Positions 51,439 through 59,735 of a stretch of DNA of 64,000 bases are shown here, in pieces (positions within the stretch are counted from its first letter, which is position 1; each line of letters starts with the position of its first letter). Below the pieces are notes generated by a model. It was not told where the DNA came from and ran no database searches. It was given only the letters and a program-made list of their open reading frames with translations. The position numbers and the translations under genes were made by a program. The DNA is taken from assembly GCA_041691255.1 (NCBI GenBank), contig JBEPUY010000005.1:22114-86113 (forward strand). Direction: 5' to 3'. Source of the DNA: Granulicella sp. GTDB taxonomy: Bacteria > Acidobacteriota > Terriglobia > Terriglobales > Acidobacteriaceae.

Positions 51439-53325
51439 ATGTCCGTTCTTCCGCCCTACCGCCTGTGGCTGCTCGCCGCCGTCCTCCCGCTCAGCTCGCT
51501 GGCAGTCGCTCAGGTCAAGCAGTCTGCACCCAGCCAGCGCGATAAGGTTCTCTTCAGCAGCGACCAGCCTCCTGCGCAGCCCGCGACCAAAGCAGCAAAG
51601 TCCATCGATACCGTAAGCAACGCCGAGCGCAGCTCTCTCACCTTCACCGCCTACGATCTCGACGTACATCTGATCCCCGCTAAATCGCAGCTATCGGTGC
51701 GAGCAAAACTGACCGTACGAAACACGGGAACCGAGCCGCTGACGGATCTGGCCTTCCAGCTTTCCTCCTCGCTGACGTGGGACAGCTTCGCGATGTGCAG
51801 CGGCGAGCGCATCGTTCCACTCACCTTCGCGCAGCACCTCGTCGACACCGACACCGACCACACCGGACAGGCGAAGGAAGCCATCGTAACTCTGCCTCAG
51901 CCGCTGGCTCCTAACGCAACGGTCGAGCTGACCACGTTCTACTCCGGCGAGATACAGCAATCGGCCAAGCGGCTGGAGCGCATCGGAGCGCCAGCCGATC
52001 AGGCTGCTGAAGCCGATTGGGACAAGATCGCCCCCGACAGCACCGCACTCCGAGGCTTCGGCAACGTGTTGTGGTATCCCACAGCATCCGCGCCTGCGCT
52101 GCTCGGCGATGGAGCCAAGCTCTTCCAGCTCGTAGGCAAAACCCGCCTGCAGCAAGCCGATGCGACCATCCACCTGCGCCTCGCCGTCGAGTACACCGGC
52201 AACCCGCCCGACGCAGCCTTCTTCTGCGGCCAGCGTCAGCCGATGGCCGCGGTCAACGAGAATGTAGACGCGGCCTCAGCAGCGAATCAGCCCGGAGTCG
52301 CCACGGCAGATTTTCCTACCCGTCCGCTGGGCTTCCGCTCGCCCAGCCTGTTTATCACCGCCGGAGCGCCCACGACCACGGACAGCAACCAGATCGCCGC
52401 TGTCACCGAGCACTACGACACCGTCCCCATGTACGCTGCAGCCGCTATCAAGGTGCAGCCTATGCTGAACGATTGGCTCGGCACCGCTCCGCTGACGCCG
52501 CTCAATATCATCGACCATCACGGCCAGCCGTTTGAAGACGATGCTCTGCTGGTCGCTCCGATGCGCGCCATCGATCCGGACGCTCTCGCACCCTCGCTGA
52601 TTCACTCGCTCACTCACGCGTGGTTCCGCTCCTCCCATGTGTGGCTCGACGAAGGCGTGCCGCAGTTCATGTCGCTGCTATGGCTCGAACACACGCAGGG
52701 CCGCGACGCCGCGCTGCAACAACTGCAAGATCAGGTCAACACGTTGGCCCTGGCCGAACCCACCATCTCTGAGAGCGCCGACCCGACGCTGGTGGGACAG
52801 AGTCTGATCCGCGCAAGCGACGAGATCTACTATCGGACGAAAGCAGCGGACGTGCTGTGGATGCTGCGGTCCATCGTCGGCAACGATGCGCTCAAGCAAG
52901 CGCTGCAGAATTATCGTCAAAGCGCCAGCCGCGACGATGATTCCAAAGAATTTCAACGCGTGCTGGAGCAGGCCTCGCACAAAGATCTCAACTGGTTTTT
53001 CAACGATTGGGTCTATCACGACCACGGCTTGCCCGATCTGACCATCGCCAACGTAACCCCGCGCCAGATCCCCGTACAAGGTCAAAAGGCCGCGAGCTGG
53101 CTGGTGGCAATCGAGGTACGCAACAATGGCGACGCTGCCGCCGAGGTTCCGGTCACGGTCCGTTCAGGCTCGCTGACCACGACCGAACGCCTTCGCATCA
53201 TGGGACAATCGAGCGCTTCGACCCGCATCGTCTTCCAGGGCACTCCCGACGAGGTCATCGTAAACGATGGCAGCGTGCCGGAGATTGGTGCCAGCACACA
53301 TACCAAGCAGATTGTGATGCATTGA
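51439..53325 (+). CDS. Secreted M1-peptidase-like protein with degenerate zinc motif
   Basis: It has a signal peptide MSVLPPYRLWLLAAVLPLSSLAVAQ. 'LIHSLTHAWF....WLDEGVPQF' aligns by eye with M1 'HELAHQWF...WLNEGFA', but the HEXXH Glu is a Ser and the spacer is shorter. Confidence 0.65.
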   Translation: MSVLPPYRLWLLAAVLPLSSLAVAQVKQSAPSQRDKVLFSSDQPPAQPATKAAKSIDTVSNAERSSLTFTAYDLDVHLIPAKSQLSVRAKLTVRNTGTEPLTDLAFQLSSSLTWDSFAMCSGERIVPLTFAQHLVDTDTDHTGQAKEAIVTLPQPLAPNATVELTTFYSGEIQQSAKRLERIGAPADQAAEADWDKIAPDSTALRGFGNVLWYPTASAPALLGDGAKLFQLVGKTRLQQADATIHLRLAVEYTGNPPDAAFFCGQRQPMAAVNENVDAASAANQPGVATADFPTRPLGFRSPSLFITAGAPTTTDSNQIAAVTEHYDTVPMYAAAAIKVQPMLNDWLGTAPLTPLNIIDHHGQPFEDDALLVAPMRAIDPDALAPSLIHSLTHAWFRSSHVWLDEGVPQFMSLLWLEHTQGRDAALQQLQDQVNTLALAEPTISESADPTLVGQSLIRASDEIYYRTKAADVLWMLRSIVGNDALKQALQNYRQSASRDDDSKEFQRVLEQASHKDLNWFFNDWVYHDHGLPDLTIANVTPRQIPVQGQKAASWLVAIEVRNNGDAAAEVPVTVRSGSLTTTERLRIMGQSSASTRIVFQGTPDEVIVNDGSVPEIGASTHTKQIVMH

Positions 53326-53328
53326 TCT

Positions 53329-55023
53329 TTATCGACGTCCATGGCGGGAATGGTGAACGGCAGGATGCGCGGAGTTTGCTGTCCAGACCTGCTCGCCTTT
53401 CCATGGACGAACGGCCGTCAGATCAACGGGAGAAGGTGTAGTGACATGGCTGGCCGGCTGTACCTTCGCCAAGCCATCTCCCAACTCCGGCAACGCGTTC
53501 GCCAGCGCGAGCAGGCGTGAGGATGTTGCCATCCCGGTAAGGTGCAGCGTATATCCGGTTGCGTCGAAATGTCCTTCGAGCGTGGCCGGTTCCTTGCCAC
53601 CAAGCGCCAGCGCCGTGGGAGCCAGAACAAAACTGCTCCCTGTTGCCGGTGGCGCAGCGTGCTTCGTGCGCGCATTTGCCTTGGTTTCGGTCTGCTCGAC
53701 CGAACGGAGGGCAATGTTACCCGAGACCAGCGAAGATGCTCCAGTATTCGCGCTCATCAGCCTGGCGCGCGTCAGGAACATCGCCCCCTGCCACGATGGC
53801 GCAGCAGGCGACGCCCTGGGATGATGAGAGATCGTTCCCGTCAGCGTTCCGCCCATGGTGACGTCGGCAGGAATGCGCTCGTTGACGACATGCAGCCAAT
53901 CCACAAGCGTGTCCGCCGGAATGCCGGGAATGGAAACATCAAGGGTCGCCGAACGGAGATCATGGATGTCCGGCAACGATCCCGAGAGCATCAGCACCTG
54001 AGTATCGGATGAGCCGGATGGAGGCCAACTGCAACGAACTTTATCGAAGGAATGAAACAGATTCGTGGCGTTGCCAAGACACTCCATCTCAATATTCAAA
54101 GGGTGATTGGGAACGAAGTCGGCACGGCGAGCGTTCTCGGCGCTCAATTTTGCTTCCACCGAGCTGGCTCCCACCGTTCCCTGAATGTTTGCCGAAAGCG
54201 TCATGTTGCCGCGCCAGCCAGCGTCACGGCCCAATAAAACCCGGCTCGCTCCGCCGAGCGGCGCATCGCGCCACTCCCCCTGTAGATGAATGGGCACCTG
54301 CCGCAGAGAGGAGGCGCGTCCAAGAGTGCCTTCAATCTGAATCGTGCCTGCGCCTGCGACCACGGTATCGGTGCGGGCTGGATCGGCCTTCAGGCGAAGA
54401 TGCCATTGCTCCGGGCTGGGGAGCCAAAGGGCGAATTCAGCGTCGGTAAACGAAAGCGGAATCTTTTCATGGCCGAGTTTGATATTCAGCCGCGCCCCGG
54501 TCGCTTCGATATACGGGAAGCGCGGCGTTGAGCCAGCCTTCTTCTGTGCGGTCGGAGCCGCTTCGATATGCGACGCCTGCAGAAGAATGCTTTCAAGGTT
54601 CCACTTGCCGTTGGCCAGATGCACCAGATTGACGCTTGGATCGGTGAAGCTGATGGTGGAGAACTCGACGCGCCTGGTCCACAGCGAGCTAAAGCGAAGG
54701 GTAACTCGTACCGAGTTGGCCCGGATGATCGGCTCGGAGCCGAAGGCCGGGTCTTCGTCGACGACCAGATTGTTCAGCGTAAATCCCGGCAGCGGCAGCA
54801 GGTTCAGCGTCACCTGGTCCAGATGGACCGGACGGCCGAGGCTCTGGCTGATGCTGGTGGCGATACGGTGCTGCAGGCGGTTGACGGTAATCAGCGGCGG
54901 AACAATCGCCAGCAGAAGCAGCGCCGCCAGGGCCAGCCATAGCAGGAGATAGCGGCGGAAGAAGCCGCCGGGTCGAGGCGACTCCTGGTCGCTTTGTTCG
55001 TGAGTTGAATCGGTTTCCTGCAT
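53329..55023 (-). CDS. AsmA-family outer-membrane biogenesis protein
   Basis: The N-terminal anchor plus 'LITVNRLQHRIATSISQSLGRPVHLDQVTLNLLPLPGFTLNNLVV' is typical of an AsmA N-domain. Confidence 0.75.
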   Translation of the reverse strand: MQETDSTHEQSDQESPRPGGFFRRYLLLWLALAALLLLAIVPPLITVNRLQHRIATSISQSLGRPVHLDQVTLNLLPLPGFTLNNLVVDEDPAFGSEPIIRANSVRVTLRFSSLWTRRVEFSTISFTDPSVNLVHLANGKWNLESILLQASHIEAAPTAQKKAGSTPRFPYIEATGARLNIKLGHEKIPLSFTDAEFALWLPSPEQWHLRLKADPARTDTVVAGAGTIQIEGTLGRASSLRQVPIHLQGEWRDAPLGGASRVLLGRDAGWRGNMTLSANIQGTVGASSVEAKLSAENARRADFVPNHPLNIEMECLGNATNLFHSFDKVRCSWPPSGSSDTQVLMLSGSLPDIHDLRSATLDVSIPGIPADTLVDWLHVVNERIPADVTMGGTLTGTISHHPRASPAAPSWQGAMFLTRARLMSANTGASSLVSGNIALRSVEQTETKANARTKHAAPPATGSSFVLAPTALALGGKEPATLEGHFDATGYTLHLTGMATSSRLLALANALPELGDGLAKVQPASHVTTPSPVDLTAVRPWKGEQVWTANSAHPAVHHSRHGRR

Positions 55024-55067
55024 GAATCCATTGTTCCGCGTGGAACACTCACACGCGGCTTCTGCCT

Positions 55068-55883
55068 CTATCGAATGATGTGAAATGTGCGACGCCAGCG
55101 AGTCTCGTCGAAGAAATGAACGAGAATGTGGCCCATGAAGCTGAGGCGGTCGCCGAGGCTTGTCTTATACATCTGGTCGGCAGGCGTCTCGAACGACCAG
55201 TAGACGAACAGCGGCCGGCCGACGATGTTCTGGCGGGGAACGAAGCCCCAGTAACGGCCATCGAGGCTTTCGGTACGGTTGTCGCCCATGGCGAAGACCA
55301 TACCCGGCGGCACCACCAGATCGCCGTTCTGGACATGGTTGGGAAGATCGAGCGCCCAGCTTGAGGTGATGCCACCCGTGCCAATCTGCATCGGGTTCGG
55401 TGGAACATCCGGGAAGTCGTCGCGATAGCCGTCAAAGGCGTGCTCTGGGTTGCCATCTTCGGTTGGCATGATCGCATGTGGCTCATTCTGCGCAACGCCG
55501 TTGAGAAAGACGACTCCGTTAACGAGGTGAATGCGGTCGCCGGGGATGCCGATGGCGCGCTTGACAAGGAAGAGATCGGGGGTCTCCGGGTTGGGCTTGT
55601 AGAAGACAATGACGTCGCCACGGTGGATATCGCGGTAGTGAACGAAAGGAGCCCATTTCGTCGGCGGCGCGAACGAAGTGCGGTCTACCAGAACATGGTC
55701 GCCGATGAGCAGGGTCTTCTCCATGGAGCCGGAGGGAATCTCGTAGTTCTGGAAGATGAACGTCATGACGAACAAGCCGATCGCAAGGACGGTGCAGATG
55801 GAGGCCAAAGATTCCAAAGGAGTTTCGGTTTGATCTACCTGTTTGGCGGTCGTCTCTTCCGGTTCGGATGCCATAGTGCTCAT
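55068..55883 (-). CDS. lepB: Signal peptidase I (copy 1 of a tandem pair)
   Basis: 'IPSGSMEKTLLIGDHVLV' holds the catalytic Ser, 'VKRAIGIPGD' the catalytic Lys, and 'VFAMGDNRTESLDGRYWGFV' follows. Confidence 0.9.
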   Translation of the reverse strand: MSTMASEPEETTAKQVDQTETPLESLASICTVLAIGLFVMTFIFQNYEIPSGSMEKTLLIGDHVLVDRTSFAPPTKWAPFVHYRDIHRGDVIVFYKPNPETPDLFLVKRAIGIPGDRIHLVNGVVFLNGVAQNEPHAIMPTEDGNPEHAFDGYRDDFPDVPPNPMQIGTGGITSSWALDLPNHVQNGDLVVPPGMVFAMGDNRTESLDGRYWGFVPRQNIVGRPLFVYWSFETPADQMYKTSLGDRLSFMGHILVHFFDETRWRRTFHIIR

Positions 55884-55960
55884 TTAGTGCTTGTCTCCAC
55901 AGATGCAAGTGTCAGTGTATCGCCGATTTGCGGTCTCGACGCGGCGGAATGTGGGGTGAA

Positions 55961-56006
55961 GGTGGTGGCAACCCGCCGCTGCAGGCGATTGACGATGATC
56001 AGAGGC
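55961..56006 (-). pseudogene. Decayed fragment of the asmA 5' coding region (duplication scar)
   Basis: The minus-strand translation PLIIVNRLQRRVATT compares with the AsmA N-terminus PPLITVNRLQHRIATS (54855-54897). There is no start codon and no continuing ORF. Confidence 0.6.
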
Positions 56007-56038
56007 CCGCGTACGACACCTGAACGAGTCTTCAACCT

Positions 56039-56854
56039 TTATCGAATGACATGAAATGTGCGACGCCAGCGAGTCTCGTCGAAGAAATGAACGAGAATGT
56101 GCCCCATGAAGCTCAGGCGGTCGCCGAGGCTTGTCTTATTCATCTGGTCGGCTGGGGTCTCGAACGACCAGTAGACAAACAGAGGACGACCGATGATGTT
56201 CTCCCGGGGAACGAAACCCCAGTAGCGGCCGTCTGCACTTTCTGTACGATTGTCGCCCATGGCAAAGACCATTCCTGGCGGGACAACGAGATCGCCGTTC
56301 TGAATATGGTTGGGAAGATCAAGCGCCCAGCTTGCCGTGATGCCGAGTGGCTGGATCTCATCCGGCGGAGGAGGAACCGATGGAAAATCGTCACGGTAGG
56401 GGTTATAGGCGTGGTACGGGTCACCATCAGCGGAGGGCTTACCGGCCTCGGGTTCATCCTGCTTCACACCGTTCAGGTAGACGATTCCGTTGTGGAGGTG
56501 AATGCGGTCGCCGGGGATGCCGATGGTGCGCTTTACCAGAAAGAGGTCCGGGGTCTCCGGATTGGGCTTGTAGAAGACGATGACGTCGCCGCGTTGGATA
56601 TCGCGATAGTGAATGAAAGGAGCCCATTTCGTGGGTGGCGCAAAGGAGGTCCGGTCTACCAGGACATGGTCACCAATGAGCAGGGTCTTCTCCATGGAAC
56701 CGGAGGGTATCTTGTAGTTCTGGAAGATGAACGTCATGACGAACAAGCCGATCGCAAGGACGGTGCAGATGGAGGCCAAAGATTCCAAAAGAGTTTCGGT
56801 TTGATCTACCTGCTTGGCCGTCGTCTCTTCCGGTTCGGATGCCATTGTGCTCAT
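56039..56854 (-). CDS. lepB: Signal peptidase I (copy 2 of a tandem pair)
   Basis: It carries the same motifs as copy 1. The first ~120 and last ~90 residues are nearly identical to copy 1. ATG at 56854; the track's 57055 start is an upstream extension. Confidence 0.9.
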   Translation of the reverse strand: MSTMASEPEETTAKQVDQTETLLESLASICTVLAIGLFVMTFIFQNYKIPSGSMEKTLLIGDHVLVDRTSFAPPTKWAPFIHYRDIQRGDVIVFYKPNPETPDLFLVKRTIGIPGDRIHLHNGIVYLNGVKQDEPEAGKPSADGDPYHAYNPYRDDFPSVPPPPDEIQPLGITASWALDLPNHIQNGDLVVPPGMVFAMGDNRTESADGRYWGFVPRENIIGRPLFVYWSFETPADQMNKTSLGDRLSFMGHILVHFFDETRWRRTFHVIR

Positions 56855-56927
56855 AATGCTTGTCTCCACAGATGCAAGTGCCAGTGTATGGCCGATTTGC
56901 GGTCTTGACGCGCAGTTTGTGGTCGAT

Positions 56928-58055
56928 CTACTCCTGAACCACTGCTTTGACCAGGTTGCGGGGGTTGTCCACGTCGATGTTGCGGCCGATCGCCATAAAG
57001 TAGGCAAGCAATTGCAACGGAACGACTTCGTAGAGAGGGGCGATGTATTCGGCACACCGCGGGATAGTGATGGTGTGGGTGCTGAGTTCGGCGATGCGGG
57101 TGTCGCCCTGGTTGACTATGGAGAGCACAACGGCTCCCTGCTTGCGCATATCGCGGAGGAGGTTGACCGTCTTTTCGTAGCGCAGGAGAGAGTCGGGCGC
57201 CTGAGGATCGCTGGTGGCGAGCACAACGAGCGGAGTGTTCGCGTCGATCAGGGCGTTGGGGCCGTGCTTCAGCTCGCCCGTCGGATAGCCCTCGGCCTGG
57301 ATGTAGGAGGACTCTTTGAGCTTCAGCGCTCCTTCGCGGGCGATGGGATAGTGGACGCCGCGACCAAGGAAGAGAAAGGATTCGGCTGATTGAATCTTGG
57401 GGGAGAGTTCGCCGATCTGCGACTCCCACTCGGGCAGGATGGCCTGCATGGCTGCGGGCACGGCTTGTATCTCTTCGAGGTGCGACTCGACGACGGCGCG
57501 GGTCATGCGGCCACGAATGCGGGCGGCGAAGAGCGAGAGCAGCGAGAGGACGGTGAGCTGGGTGGTAAAGCTCTTGGTGGCGGGAACGGCGCGCTCGATG
57601 CCGGCCATGGTGGGCAGAGAGCAGCTCGCCAGCTTGGCCATGGTGGACTCGGGCTTGTTGGTGATGGCGATGGTCGAGGTGCCACGGGCGATGGCCTCGC
57701 GCAGGGCTTCGGAGGTATCGGCGGTCTCGCCGGACTGCGAGATGGCGAGGAAGCAGGGATTTTTGAGGGTGTGGGTGGAGCGGTAGATGTACTCGCTGGC
57801 GTATTCGACGTCGACGGCGATTCCGGCGAGGTCTTCAAAGAGTATCTCGCCGAAGAGCCCGGCGTGGCGGCTGGAACCGCTGGCGGAGATGAGCAGGCTC
57901 TCTTTGCCGACGAGCGCCTGCAGCGCGGGGCGGAAGGTATCTTCGCGGAGGCAGTTGGCCTCGGTGTAGGCGGCGAGGGTTTCGGCGATGGCATTGGGCT
58001 GCTCGAAGATCTCGCGGAGCATGGCGTGCGGGAAGGTTTTGTTGGGCGGAAGCAT
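56928..58055 (-). CDS. SIS-domain sugar-phosphate isomerase/deaminase (GlmS isomerase-domain-only paralog; NagB-II/FrlB-like)
   Basis: It has two SIS modules ('ISASGSSRHAG', '[10 protein letters not shown]', '[27 protein letters not shown]') and the C-terminus 'DVDNPRNLVKAVVQE', but no glutaminase domain. Confidence 0.85.
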   Translation of the reverse strand: MLPPNKTFPHAMLREIFEQPNAIAETLAAYTEANCLREDTFRPALQALVGKESLLISASGSSRHAGLFGEILFEDLAGIAVDVEYASEYIYRSTHTLKNPCFLAISQSGETADTSEALREAIARGTSTIAITNKPESTMAKLASCSLPTMAGIERAVPATKSFTTQLTVLSLLSLFAARIRGRMTRAVVESHLEEIQAVPAAMQAILPEWESQIGELSPKIQSAESFLFLGRGVHYPIAREGALKLKESSYIQAEGYPTGELKHGPNALIDANTPLVVLATSDPQAPDSLLRYEKTVNLLRDMRKQGAVVLSIVNQGDTRIAELSTHTITIPRCAEYIAPLYEVVPLQLLAYFMAIGRNIDVDNPRNLVKAVVQE

Positions 58056-58091
58056 GGCGGAATAGTCCCCTTCTGTATCTTCTAGTTATAA

Positions 58092-59513
58092 ATGAGTGCG
58101 ATGAAGCGAGTAGTTAGTCCAAAGCCGTTGGAGCTCGAGCGCGGCCTGTCTACCAGCTCGGCGCTGGGGCTGAACGTCATCGACATGGTGGGCGTGGGGC
58201 CGTTTATTACCCTGCCGCTGATCGTGGGCGTGATGGGCGGACCGCAGGCGATGCTGGGCTGGGTGCTGGGCGCTCTGCTGTCGCTGTGCGATGGGCTGAT
58301 ATGGAGCGAGTTGGGGACGGCTTATCCCGAGGCGGGGGGCTCGTATGCGTACCTGAAGCATCTTTATGGCGAGCGCGGACTGGGACGCGGGTTCTCGTTT
58401 CTCTATGCGTGGCAGTTGCTGTTCAGCGCTCCGCTCTCAATTGCCTCGGGGTGCATCGGATTTTCACAGTATGTCTCGTTCTTCGCTCCGAATGCCGGGC
58501 ATCCGTTCTTTTCGGCACCGTGGCTGGGAGTCCCTATTGTGCTGAGCGGGCAGACGCTGATTGCCATGGCGGCGTGCCTGATCGCGGTGGTGGTGCTCTA
58601 TCGCAGCATCGTGAAGATAGACCGCATTGTGCGCTGGCTTGGAGTGGTAGTGGTGCTGACGCTGCTGCTGATTATTGTGGCGGGGTTTCTGCACTTCGAC
58701 GCGCATCGTGCGTTTGACTTTCCCGCAGGCGCGTTTCATCTGAACAGCGCTTTCTTTGTGGGGCTGGGCGCGGGGATGCTGATCTCGGCCTATGACTATT
58801 GGGGCTACTACAACGTGTGCTTTGTGGCGGGAGAGGTGCGCGACCCGCAGCGGACGATTCCGCGCGCGGTGCTGGGAGCGATTGGGATTGTAGGCACGCT
58901 CTATCTGCTGATGAACGTGAGCGTGCTAGGCGTGCTGCCGTGGCGAGAACTGGCCGCCGACACCGACAGCCATGCGCGAATGTTCACCATGGCCGTGTTC
59001 ATGGAGCGCCTGTATGGGCATACTGCCGCAGGAATTGTCGTGGTGCTGATTGCGGTGGCGGCGCTGGCCTCGGTGCTGGCTCTGCTGCTGGGGTATTCGC
59101 GGATCCCCTTTGCGGCGGCGCGGGATGGAAACTTTCCGGCATGGTTTGGAGCGGTGCACGAGAAGCACAGGATTCCGCAGCACTCGCTGCTGACGCTGGG
59201 CGCGATGACGATGGCCTGCTGCGTGTTTCGGCTGCAGGAGGTGATCACCACGCTGGTGGTGATTCGCATCCTGTTCCAGTTTCTACTGCAAGGGTTGGCT
59301 GTGCTGCTGCCGCAGCATCGACGCGAGCGGAAGCTGCGCGGGTTCAGGATGCCGCTGTATCCGCTGCCGGTTTTGCTGGCGCTGGGGGGATTTCTGTTCA
59401 TCCTGTTTTCGCGGCCTCACTTTGTGCGGGAGATGCGTACGGCTGGATTGATCCTGGTCGCGGGTGCCGTGGTTTATGGCGTGCGCTATGTTGCGGGGCG
59501 CGGCGAAGGTTGA
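58092..59513 (+). CDS. APC-superfamily amino-acid/polyamine permease
   Basis: 473 aa with about 12 TM helices. It has 'GVGPFITLPL' and 'WSELGTAYPEAGGSYAYL'. Confidence 0.85.
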   Translation: MSAMKRVVSPKPLELERGLSTSSALGLNVIDMVGVGPFITLPLIVGVMGGPQAMLGWVLGALLSLCDGLIWSELGTAYPEAGGSYAYLKHLYGERGLGRGFSFLYAWQLLFSAPLSIASGCIGFSQYVSFFAPNAGHPFFSAPWLGVPIVLSGQTLIAMAACLIAVVVLYRSIVKIDRIVRWLGVVVVLTLLLIIVAGFLHFDAHRAFDFPAGAFHLNSAFFVGLGAGMLISAYDYWGYYNVCFVAGEVRDPQRTIPRAVLGAIGIVGTLYLLMNVSVLGVLPWRELAADTDSHARMFTMAVFMERLYGHTAAGIVVVLIAVAALASVLALLLGYSRIPFAAARDGNFPAWFGAVHEKHRIPQHSLLTLGAMTMACCVFRLQEVITTLVVIRILFQFLLQGLAVLLPQHRRERKLRGFRMPLYPLPVLLALGGFLFILFSRPHFVREMRTAGLILVAGAVVYGVRYVAGRGEG

Positions 59514-59567
59514 TTCGGTGGGCTGGTTGCGGAGATGAAGCGGCGGCTGGCTGGGTTGAGATTTACT

Positions 59568-59607
59568 CTCCCACCCTTCGCAAAAGCGCGAAGGATGGGG
59601 CACCCGG
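59568..59607 (+). repeat. REP-type palindromic element, copy 4
   Basis: The sequence is CTCCCACCCTTCGCAAAAGCGCGAAGGATGGGGCACCCGG. It lies in the intergenic region after the permease gene. Confidence 0.85.
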
Positions 59608-59735
59608 GCTTTTGCGCAGAGGCGATGAAGCAGAGCTAGTTTTAACGATTTACTTATGGCTTTATTGCGTTTCTTGGTTACGACCAGCTAAATTGACAAG
59701 GTAGATCGATTCCCTTTGAAAGCTGGTGCGAAACT

